A stretch of DNA of 64,000 nt, taken from Tubiluchus corallicola (taxonomy: Eukaryota; Animalia; Priapulida). The notes under the pieces are model-generated. The model saw nothing but the letters and a program-made list of their open reading frames with translations, made no database searches and was not told where the DNA came from. The stretch spans positions 164,768 through 228,767 of the forward strand of contig JAQGDQ010000372.1 in NCBI GenBank assembly GCA_030141605.1. The letters are read 5' to 3'. Within the stretch, counting starts at the first letter, position 1; the number at the start of each line of letters is the position of its first letter. Position numbers and translations under genes: made by a program. Below are positions 52,817-64,000 of the stretch, piece by piece.

Positions 52817-55210
52817 AAATCTTTGATTTTCCTTTCTAAGCCTTGACAGACAACACAGTAACCATGTTAAATCTCTGATTTTCCTTTCTAAGCCTTGACA
52901 GACAACACAGTAACCATGTCTAATCTTTGATTTTCCTTTCTAAGCCTTGACAAACAACACAGTAACCATGTTAAATCTTTGATTTTCTTTTCTAAGCCTT
53001 GACAAACAACACAGTAACCATGTTAAATCTCTGATTTTCCTTTCTAAGCCTTGACAGACAACACAGTAACCATGTTAAATCTTTGATTTTCCTTTCTAAG
53101 CCTTGACAGACAACACAGTAACCATGTTAAATATTTGATTTTCCTTTCTAAGCCTTGACAAACAACACAGTAACCATGTTAAATCTCTGATTTTCCTTTC
53201 TAAGCCTTGACAAACAACACAGTAACCGTGTCTAATCTTTGATTTTCCTTTCTAAGCCTTGACAGACAACACAGTGACCATGTTTAATCTTTGATTTTCC
53301 TTTCTAAGCCCTGACAGACAACACAGTAACCATGTTTAATCTTTGATTTTCCTTTCTAAGCCTTGATAGACAACACAGTAACCATGTTTAATCTTTGATT
53401 TTCCTTTCTAAGCCTTGACAGACAACACAGTAACCATGTTAAATCTTTGATTTTCCTTTCTAAGCCTTGACAAACAACACAGTAACCATGTTAAATCTCT
53501 GATTTTCCTTTCTAAGCCTTGACAAACAACACAGTAACCATGTTTAATCTTTGATTTTCCTTTCTAAGCCTTGACAGACAACACAGTAACCATGTTAAAT
53601 CTTTGATTTTCCTTTCTAAGCCTTGACAAACAACACAGTAACCATGTTAAATCTCTGATTTTCCTTTCTAAGCCTTGACAAACAACACAGTAACCATGTT
53701 TAATCTTTGATTTTCCTTTCTAAGCCTTGACAGACAACACAGTAACCATGTTAAATCTTTGATTTTCCTTTCTAAGCCTTGACAAACAACACAGTAACCA
53801 TGTTAAATCTCTGATTTTCCTTTCTAAGCCTTGACAAACAACACAGTAACCATGTTTAATCTTTGATTTTCCTTTCTAAGCCTTGACAGACAACACAGTA
53901 ACCATGTTAAATCTTTGATTTTCCTTTCTAAGCCTTGACAAACAACACAGTAACCATGTTAAATCTCTGATTTTCCTTTCTAAGCCTTGACAAACAACAC
54001 AGTAACCATGTTTAATCTTTGATTTTCCTTTCTAAGCCTTGACAGACAACACAGTAACCATGTTAAATCTTTGATTTTCCTTTCTAAGCCTTGACAAACA
54101 ACACAGTAACCATGTTAAATCTCTGATTTTCCTTTCTAAGCCTTGACAAACAACACAGTAACCATGTTTAATCTTTGATTTTCCTTTCTAAGCCTTGACA
54201 GACAACACAGTAACCATGTTAAATCTTTGATTTTCCTTTCTAAGCCTTGACAGACAACACAGTAACCATGTTAAATCTTTGATTTTCCTTTCTAAGCCTT
54301 GACAAACAACACAGTAACCATGTTTAATCTTTGATTTTCCTTTCTAAGCCTTGACAGACAACACAGTAACCATGTTAAATCTTTGATTTTCTTTTCTAAG
54401 CCTTGATAGACAACACAGTAACCATGTTAAATATTCGATTTTTTTTCCTAAGCCTTGATAGACAACACAGGAACCATGTTAAATCTTTGTTTTTCCTTTC
54501 TAAGCCTTGACAGACAACACAGTAACCATGTTAAATCTTTGATTTTTCTTTCTAAGCCTTGACAGACAACACAGTAACCATGTTTAATATTTGATTTTCT
54601 TTCCTAAGCCTTGACAGACAACACAGTAACCATGTTTAATCTTTGATTTTCCTTTCTAAGCCTTGACAGACAACACAGTAACCATGTTTAATCTTTGATT
54701 TTCCTTTCTAAGCCTTGACAGACAACACAGTAACCATGTTAAATCTCTGATTTTCCTTTCTAAGCCTTGACAGACAACACAGTAACCATGTTAAATCTTT
54801 GATTTTCCTTTCTAAGCCTTGATAGACAACACAGTAACCATGTTGAATCTTTGATTTTCCTTTCTAAGCCTTGACAGACAACACAGTAACCATGTTTAAT
54901 CTTTGATTTTCCTTTCTAAGCCTTGACAGACAACACAGTAACCATGTTAAATCTTTGATTTTCCTTTCTAAGCCTTGACAGACAACACAGTAACCATGTT
55001 AAATCTTTGATTTTCCTTTCTAAGCCTTGACAGACAACACAGTAACCATGTTAAATCTTTGATTTTCCTTTCTAAGCCTTGACAGGCAACACAGTAACCA
55101 TGTTTAATATTTGATTTTCCTTTCTAAGCCTTGACAGACAACACAGTAACCATGTTTAATCTTTGATTTTCCTTTCTAAGCCTTGACAGACAACACAGTA
55201 ACCATGTTTA
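52817..55210. repeat. 52-bp satellite array, ~46 copies
   Basis: Unit AAATCTTTGATTTTCCTTTCTAAGCCTTGACAGACAACACAGTAACCATGTT. Confidence 0.97.
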
Positions 55211-55591
55211 AATGTACATTTGAATGCTAAGCTAATTTTTGAAAACATATTCACCAATATTGATGATATCTTTCTTGCACTCCACTCGAGAAAAGTGTAA
55301 CCAACATCATTAAAACACAAAAGTACTGTACTGTTACAATCTAAAGTGACAGTTACGTATAATGCGCATGCGGATGCGGACTTTTTGGTTTAATTAGCTT
55401 AAAAATCGGTTTATATTGTTTTCAATGCACCCGTTTATGCAGGCTGCGTATGCGTTATTCTTTTTGGGCAGCTATTTCCTATTCATTTTTTTCCGCAGGC
55501 TACTTCGTAGCCTGTTCCGCACTGAAAAACGCATCCGTGAAAAACGCATCCGCATTCTACATAAACACGCCACTTTGTTCTTAATCCTAAA

Positions 55592-57827
55592 CTAGACGTG
55601 AAAAAATAACACAAAAGCAATGACTATCCAAACACAATAGCCTAAAACGCGGACTGCAGGAATATGTGCCGAGTTGCAGAGGTAGGTGCGACAATAGCAG
55701 ATTACTGATTCCCGATTTCCTAACTCGGACGTCCAACAACTATCCAGTATTTCTTCGTCTTCTTGACAGTCTCGTTCCACAAACGACATTTTACCTAAAA
55801 CAAGATATTTTTATAATTTCTAAGCAACTTTTTTATTTCAGACACATTCCGTATTAAAGTTTAGTACATTGCCTTCAGAAAAAACTTTGTTTAAGCATAC
55901 GTTTACTAAAAAACGTTTGGTACTGTGACAGTTAGGGCACTCATAGAGGATTTCCAAAGATTATAATAATGTGCTTTTTTATTTATTTTCTATTTATGTA
56001 CATAATTTTCCACCAGTATCAAACTTGTACTTTGTTCAGCTCTCCACCATGGTTGAAACTCGACGGAGCCAGTCCTATTCATTAAAAATTTACAACAACT
56101 TCGGTAGGGATTATAAACACTACTGCAGTCAAATGTTACATTACCTTATAAGGGGTCCTTATTGTTGTAGAACAACAACATTCCAAAACGTTGCTTCATT
56201 ACTGCAGCAGAAAATGTTGCTTTTGACACCTAATTGAGGTCCCTCTTTCTAATACTAGGCCTGTATCGGTAATACCTACATGTGCTTGTCAATGATTTTA
56301 CATTATTGTACATCATTTGCTATTTACTTTTCTTTCAGACCCACGATGACGACTATGACATTATAATCAGCAAACGTACCATCCACGTAAACTTTGCGTT
56401 TGAAACAGACTCCACAGTTTTTCTTAGTGACGTTAATCCCAGCAACTTCGTAGTAATCCGCCACAACAGAGGCATTTATCCGGAATGGATCAGCGCATTC
56501 CTTCTGTCTGCCATATTCATACGAGTTGGGATACTGACCGTTCCAGAAGCAGGAATAGCAAGTAACTTTTGTCGAGTTGTCAGTTTGCTGTGCTGCTGAA
56601 AAGCCTGCAGACGCAATTGGATATTAAACCACATAAATAGTTATTATAAAAGACGAATTAATTCTAATTATACTTGGTATTGTACTGTGCTACATTTTAA
56701 CAATAGATTTCAACGTCATTGCTGGTCAGCTATTAAGGACCCTGAGTACAAGGCATTAAGGGCTTTTTGAAAGACCAGTCAAATGTATGTATCATTGCAT
56801 TAGTTTTAAACCAGGGGTGTGCAAATTGCGGCCCGCCGAGAGAATTTGTGCGGCCCGCGAAGAGATTTGTCAACCTAATGAAAGTGCGGCCCAGGCGATT
56901 AATTGAGTGTATCCAGCTGAAGTCCGTGCCACGATCCCGAAGATAGTGCGGGTAGTTTTTTCTACTAGATCGGATGCCATGAACCCTTACAAGACGGTTG
57001 TAGCTTAATAACACTGTACTATGCCATTAACCCTTACAAGACGGTTGTAGCTTAATAACACTGTACTACACAGACTGTGTGATACACATTACTAATATGC
57101 ATTGTAATGAAATTACCACTATCTGTCCTGAAAGTAGAAATATATGGTTTGTAATATAAATTTTAATAACTTCTAAAATAGTTTCTTGAGTGTAGTAATA
57201 ATGATGTACGCAGTACGGATGCAAAAAAATTGTTATTAGGCCTTTCTGTACTTGGCTCCTTGATCAAAATGCCTGTGGCCTGCAGGAATTGCGGGAAAGT
57301 TTAATGTGGCCCGGCTAGTCGGATAATTTGCACACCCCTGCATTAAGGGCTTTTTTGAAAGACTAGTCAAATGTATGTATCATTGCATTAGTTTTAAGCG
57401 ATTGCATTGGTATGTATGTGTTATCCATTTAATTTTCTTGCCAATTAGAAAAACTGCAAAATGATAACATCAGAAGATCAGCAGACAAAAAGCGGTGTGA
57501 TCACGATGCACTTGCAATTTATGTTAATCAACTAAAGTTAGAAGCTAATAGTTGACAGCGTGTCAGTACCCAAAACAGAAGAAAACTAACTATGAATTTA
57601 GTGACTGGCAATTTGCAAGCAATGATTGGCTTTGTTGCAATGTTTTACTCTATAAATGTAGTAACACCCCTCTAACACCGCTAATATACTTGTCTGACTT
57701 TCACTCTCTATATTACTGAAGAGCAAATTGCATGTATCAGAAGCTAATGCATCTTTAAGGTAAACTTACCAACCAAAAGGCATGTTGTTAACGTTATGAT
57801 TGCTAAAACCAGTCGGAAAGGACTCAT
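55592..57827 (-). CDS. Ly6/uPAR three-finger (quiver/sleepless-like) GPI-anchored protein; exons 57770..57827, 56380..56604, 55592..55794; 161 aa
   Basis: Signal peptide exon MSPFRLVLAIITLTTCLLVG; CYSC...ECADPF...NCGVCFKRK...FVERDC...SC...CYCRTYLCNSA with 10 Cys; hydrophobic C-terminal GPI signal. Two phase-1 introns. Confidence 0.88.
56812..57340 (+). mobile_element. hAT-type MITE (family C) with internal ~47-bp duplication
   Basis: Perfect TIRs CAGGGGTGTGCAAATT...AATTTGCACACCCCTG, in intron 1 of the Ly6 gene. Confidence 0.9.
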
Positions 57828-58123
57828 TTTTGACTCGCACAAATAAATTACAATGAAAACGTCTTGGTCGTGAAAATCAAGTTTGCAGCCGCTACCAAGC
57901 TAATCTTTTTCCTCTCCACATTAGTTTGACTGGTAGGCCTATTAGGGTCACAATTCGGCAATGTACAAACACTTGTGAAAATTCGGTAAACGAAGGTTCC
58001 TGAAGGTAACAGTGTTTGAAGAGGAAAACCAACATTTATCTAACTTTCAAGAGGTCTGTGTAAAACTTTCCCGCTCGCGTAAATGATACTCACGTATACT
58101 GATATATATATACACATCTATCT

Positions 58124-58648
<525 letters not shown>

Positions 58649-59139
58649 ATAAATATATATATAATTTCTTTTCAGTTATGTTAATTTCATAGTTCCACTT
58701 AAGAAAAAAACTAGTGTTGCTAAAGTAAGATTCTCTCTATGAAAGAACTTACCTGAAACAAATGGGGATGAGAAATTCTTTCTCAAGTAGCACGAACCTG
58801 TGGATGACACATGGAATCTATGTGATAAGCATGTGGAAATGAACTCTTTCACAGCGTGAAATTAATTAGTATGTTGATTAAAAAACATTGAATTTCTTTC
58901 GCCTTTTCAATCGCTTAGTGCTTTTGACACAGTGATTCCAAGTTTGGTCTACGTGACATTAAACTGCCACCGCTAAAATCGTTACTATGGTTCCCATTTT
59001 TATGTGAAATCAACGTGACTCTACTACGTGGCTTTCACCCAAACATCCAGCTTTGCGGCACTTTAGCAAAACAAACGGATTCTAATTTATAAATAACTTC
59101 TTAAATGATGGGGTCACCTGGATCAAGACTCAAAAAGTG

Positions 59140-59650
59140 TTTTGCATTCAGTTATTATAAATCTTAAACTTTGCCGAATTGTAACTGTGGATTTCGATTT
59201 GAGTCTGTTGAACACTTTTGTTGCACTGCCCATTGTATCAACAAACTAGGGTGGTTATGTTTGATAAATTAAATGAAATACTTCTGGCTGAAAACCTTAA
59301 TATAGCTGCCTTAGGAACTAATGATTTGTTGAAGTTGTTATTATTCGGAAAAGATGAATTTAACTATGTTGCTAACTGTAAAATATTCCAATGTATACAT
59401 GACTTTATATTACGTACTAAATGCTTCCAGTAGTTTCTATCTGATATGAAATGCATCAGTCTTAAATATTCGTACATTAATATTTTCTAACCGTATATTC
59501 TTGTAGTAAAACTTGTCAGCTTGTGTAGTTATAGTCAATTCTTACTATAAATGTTCTTGTAAATAGTGTATAAAGTCTGCTATGGTGAGGATCCTAAATC
59601 ATGTTGTTCAAACTGTCTGATCCAATCCTATAATAAATTATGTTTAAACT
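59140..59650 (+). mobile_element. Truncated LINE 3' fragment
   Basis: CNCGFRFESVEHFLLHCPLYQQTR...LLLFG...IHDFILRTKCF is the Cys/His C-terminal motif of non-LTR ORF2, followed by a 3' UTR with AATAAA. Confidence 0.78.
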
Positions 59651-61382
59651 AAATCTTAAGCTGCGGTTTTAATGTTGATATTCACTTGCACTTTGCGCAC
59701 TCCAATATGAAACTAATAATTTGTCATAAATTTATAATACTATACAAAAGGACTCAACATATAACTATTATATGACTGCTTGTCAAGGTGTTGTGTATAT
59801 TGTGACCTTTTACTAGAGCGGGCACAAACATAACAAAAGAAACAGTACAGAACAAGTTACTACAAAAAACTGTTACTGAAAAGATAGAAAATCGTGGAAT
59901 ATTTTGATGTGGAAGCCTCATGCGCCTCGCACAACCTACAAACTGGAGGGGTATGATCTGAGCAGTGACTCGAAAACTCTAGGGAGATTGATTTCCCACC
60001 CTCTGAGGGGAGGGGGAGGGGGACGACCTATAGAAATTGACCGAAAATGGCATCACCGAACGCACTGGGAAAATAAAAAAAAAGAACAAGACTGAACGTG
60101 TTAAAAGAATATTTTTACCCAGCCATTCTCATTGTTCAGGATCACTTTTCTACAAGGCATCATGGTTTGGCTTCATTACCACAGTCTGAAACACAGCGAA
60201 CACATTTCGCAGCTCAGACAGACTATGCAGCAGCGTGCAATGTTTAGTTAGGTCTTGTTGAGTGACATTCCAGAAAGAGGCGCATCCACGACGCGAAGAT
60301 GCCTGCACCACTGCTTAGCAAATTTGATTAGCAAAACTTCGCCTTCTTCGTGAGGAACAAATTTTCTTAGCGCGAAAATGTCATTTCTTGAGAAGGGCTT
60401 GATTTTGTGTTACTTTAATATAATTCAGTTGATTTGGGAAAAGGTGCTGAAATGGGCTTCCCCGGCCTACTGTAAATAGTTTTCAGCTGCGTCACTTCAC
60501 CCGTATAGCTGATTCGTTCCAGCCTCTCAAAGATTCTTTATACCAGTATAAGATACAGAGCCCATGCTCGTGCAGGAAGCCTGTTCGGCCATTATTGTTT
60601 TTTAACGTGGTTAGAAACTAATTAAAGTAGCTGAAACAATAAAAGGCAGGAAAGTTGACGTTGGTTCGAACCCGTTACAATGACTTAATTACGAAGTTTG
60701 CTCTTGTACAGAGGTACGTCTTATTAAATGATAATTAGTGCAAATTTCAAACGTTTTTCATGCAATCTTATTTATTTAATTAAAACTTACACATAAAACT
60801 TTAATTTAAACTTTATGTTGATTTAGCCGACCAACAAACACAACGAAATAAATAACTCTTTCGCTAGTTGTATTCTTGGTTTGATTATGAATCTATTAGT
60901 TAATTTTAATAATAGTTTGTTAGCGATTTGAAGCAAATTATTATTAAACAGATAGCATTTTTGACAACTGATAAAATATTACGTGATAGGACTGTTTTGT
61001 CTTGTCTGACAATCCAGTGTGCCAACTATGATGCAGGCGTCACTTGAACATTTATTTATTTAAAAAGTAATATTTTATGAGGGTAGCTCCTTCAGTGCTT
61101 AGCACTGCTTTCCAAGGAGGCCCTCAATTATTTACCAATATACACAGATATATACATATCACACATGCAAATCTATCCTTAAGCTTGTTTACTAACTTTC
61201 AAAGAACCGCTTTCATCTATGCGGCTATTTACAGTATAGAAGATTGTTATCTAATCTTCATTCTAAAAAATCCACAGAAAATAGTAAAATACTAGCTTTG
61301 TGTAAGAAATGTTAGATTATAAGCATAATACAAGTTGTACTTTGCAGTGCTGGGTCAGCAGCATCACTAATCAAGACGCGCA

Positions 61383-61737
61383 ATGAAAAGTTCAGTCCCA
61401 CCACACGGGGGCGCTGTCTTTTACGGAATGCCGCCGCCTAGTGAACCTTCCCACGTTGCTTCTCCAGCCGCCCGCCAACATCAGCCTGGTCCCATTCTTC
61501 CTCCGCCACACTTCGTGCCCCAGCCTCCCCAACAATACCAGCAAGCTTGTTACGGAAAAGTGCCTAATCCCAGTACCGTGACGACGCAGTCAGCAGCTTA
61601 CTATAATCCGAAGATGGCTTCGGCAGTACAGTCACCCTGGGTACATGGCATGCGACATCTAGCAATGCAGAATTTCATGGCAGCAAGACCGCACGCACCA
61701 TACGCCTACACACCTGTTGTCTACTATCGCCCAACAG
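61383..61737 (+). CDS. First coding exon of an unidentified Pro/Gln/Ala/Tyr-rich protein (continues beyond window)
   Basis: GC-rich open frame preceded by the acceptor TTTGCAG (~61347) and ending at a phase-1 donor CAG|GTAAGA. The composition resembles regulator N-termini, but no domain is recognised. Confidence 0.7.
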
Positions 61738-61896
61738 GTAAGAAGCACCTTTTATTTCTGCTGCCGGTCTAGTTGGTCAAATGTTTCAACAGTGGTTTAG
61801 AAGTATAGAGTGCATGTGGTTTTGCATTCATTTCATTATAAAGAGTCAAATAGGAAAACTTTTGCTTGCAAATATCGCTATAAAATTAAAGCTTAG

Positions 61897-62343
61897 CCCT
61901 TTCAGTCCCAAATTATTTTTTTAATAAGAAAAATTTTTTTGGTTTGGTACTTTTGTTTCAGTATGTCCATCTTGTTTACACATAATTTTTTTCTACCTGT
62001 GCCCGCGTGCTAAATATAGCCTGTATCCCACGGGATACATTGGGATTCAATGGAAGCATAAAATGTGCTTCATTTTGCAACTGCTGATAATTTTTTAAAG
62101 TATTTAAGACATTTAGTATGCACGCTATGCCGATCTGTACAAATTCGTCTGTAAAGTACTGTACGTTGAGCACTTTTTTATGCAATGTAGATTTTCTAGT
62201 TTGCCATTTTATCACCATTTTAGTCTATTGTTATTGGCTTAATAACTATTAACAGATCAAATAACTGTCAGTTTTAAAATTTTATTAATTTTAACGGCAG
62301 AAAATATTCTCGTATCCCACGAGATACAACGGGTATGAAAGGG
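61897..62343 (-). mobile_element. piggyBac-type MITE, copy of 17489..17942
   Basis: TTAG|CCCTTTCA...TGAAAGGG|TTAA, with high identity to the first copy. Confidence 0.85.
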
Positions 62344-63822
62344 TTAAATATTTTTTGGCAAATACCAATCACGATTCTCGAAATATGCCAAAGTACAACG
62401 TGTGTACAACGTTTAGCGCCATCTGTAGAAAAGTTGAAAACCATTTCAGAAAAATTTCATTTGTTTATGCTTGAAAAAGCAACTTCTCTATTAAATATCA
62501 AAATCCTGCGCTCTAAAGGCCAGTTCACGCTGCTATACAAAGGGGCGTTCAGATTTATTAGTATGTTGTGTAATTATGTAGTGCTGTGGCTATTACGTAA
62601 TAAGTGTGGTTATGTAGGTGGCGTCACTGGCTGACTAAAGACGGTAGTGGGTGTGCGAGACCGTTTGTGTGTCTGTGTTTGCCCGTGTATATGTGCGCGC
62701 AATAAAATCAAACGGATGAAGTTGTGATCACCAAACCTGGTATACGTATAGGCCTGGAAGTCCACTGCTTAGGCTTCGTAAGGTCAAAAGTCAAAAACAT
62801 CAAAATGTATCTTCTGGTTATGAGTAACTTCATGTGGGGTTTATTACAGTCACGTAAAGATCAAAATTTAACAGATGAACTAATATACGCACGCAGTTGT
62901 GTTTTTGCAGCCTGCCTCCCTAGCAGACTAAACAATAACTGTGAAGTTCTTTACGTTTTGAAATTACGATAGACTTTTATAGAAATTTAAGTAGCAGCAA
63001 CAGCTGTTGCGAAGATCATCACGGGATGTATTAATTTACAACAAGGGAGAGTGAGTCAGCGTTGGAAGACTGCTACTGAAACAAATACTGCAGAGGGCTT
63101 CGTAATGAACGCCTATTTGCAGACCACTTTGGCAAAAGTTGCTAGCTTGACCTTATTTTGTGTTTAGTGTATCGAAATAACGATCCTCTTCTTAACTTCC
63201 GTATCCGTTTCACACCATTTGACTGACTGATAAGGTCGTAAGTCAGAGAGGAGAAATTAGTTTATGAATCAGTAAGTAATCTGTTAATCCGTCAATAAGT
63301 TAGTCTGTAACCCAGTCAGCCAATTAATAAGTCAGCCAGTGAGTCAGTCAGTTAGCTAATCATCCGTTCTACACCATTTGACTAACTGATTAGTTCGCAA
63401 GTCAGTGATGAGTGAGAGAAGTTAGTTTATGAATCAGTAAGTAAGTAACAGCAGAGTAAATACTATAGTACATGAATAGTATAGTTAGTAACAGTAAGTA
63501 ATCTGTTAATCCGTCAATAAGTTAATCTGTAACCCAGTCAGCCAAATAATACGTCAGCCAGTGAGTCAGACAGTTAGCTAATCAGTCAAATCAATCAGTG
63601 AGAGAGTAAATGATACAGGTAATTAGAGAACAGGCCACCCAAGTCACCTATTCAACCAGCAATGCAGTTAATAAAGTTTAATTATTGATTGCTCAATTAA
63701 TTTGGTTTCATAATTACTACGTCCATTGAAAATTAAAATTCTAATATTTATAGTGCCCAGTGGTGTGAGAATTTTGAACGCAGGAACTGCAGTGCATAGC
63801 GGAGGTGCCATACCCGGAGCAG

Positions 63823-63886
<64 letters not shown>

Positions 63887-63894
63887 CTCTCTGG

Positions 63895-63991
<97 letters not shown>

Positions 63992-64000
63992 CCCACTCTC
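63823..64000. repeat. (CT)n microsatellite
   Basis: Directly visible, runs to window end. Confidence 0.96.

Noticed and set aside
52817-55210. CRISPR-like array (also 1..915, 4091..4517 and 44485..46478)
   Set aside because: Units are contiguous with no unique spacers, there are no cas genes and the context is eukaryotic.
56282-56599. 105-aa plus-strand ORF
   Set aside because: It is the antisense shadow of the Ly6-like exon 2.

Overview
AT-rich eukaryotic (animal) genomic DNA with spliceosomal GT-AG introns, most likely from a spiralian/lophotrochozoan invertebrate, judged from a SPILE-type TALE homeobox gene. Genes assembled by hand: the last two exons of SUCLG2 (+), complete NDUFS5 (+), a 3-exon divergent TALE homeobox gene (+), a 4-exon 376-aa unknown protein with a His/Arg tract (+), a 3-exon GPI-anchored Ly6/quiver-like gene (-), and the first coding exon of a Pro/Gln-rich gene (+). 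The most notable gene is a 12-exon, 705-aa minus-strand ORF in which all splice phases close. It joins a low-complexity N-terminus, an NLS-like patch and a domain I recall from G2E3-like proteins to a plant/bacterial-type SABATH (Methyltransf_7) methyltransferase fold whose key motifs are altered. Non-coding DNA is dense in mobile elements: a 5S rRNA-headed SINE with a TSD, four related solo LTRs, hAT-, piggyBac- and Tc1-type MITEs, LINE fragments, several 34-52 bp minisatellites (one with eight perfect CRE palindromes) and microsatellites. All family assignments come from motif recognition, not database searches.
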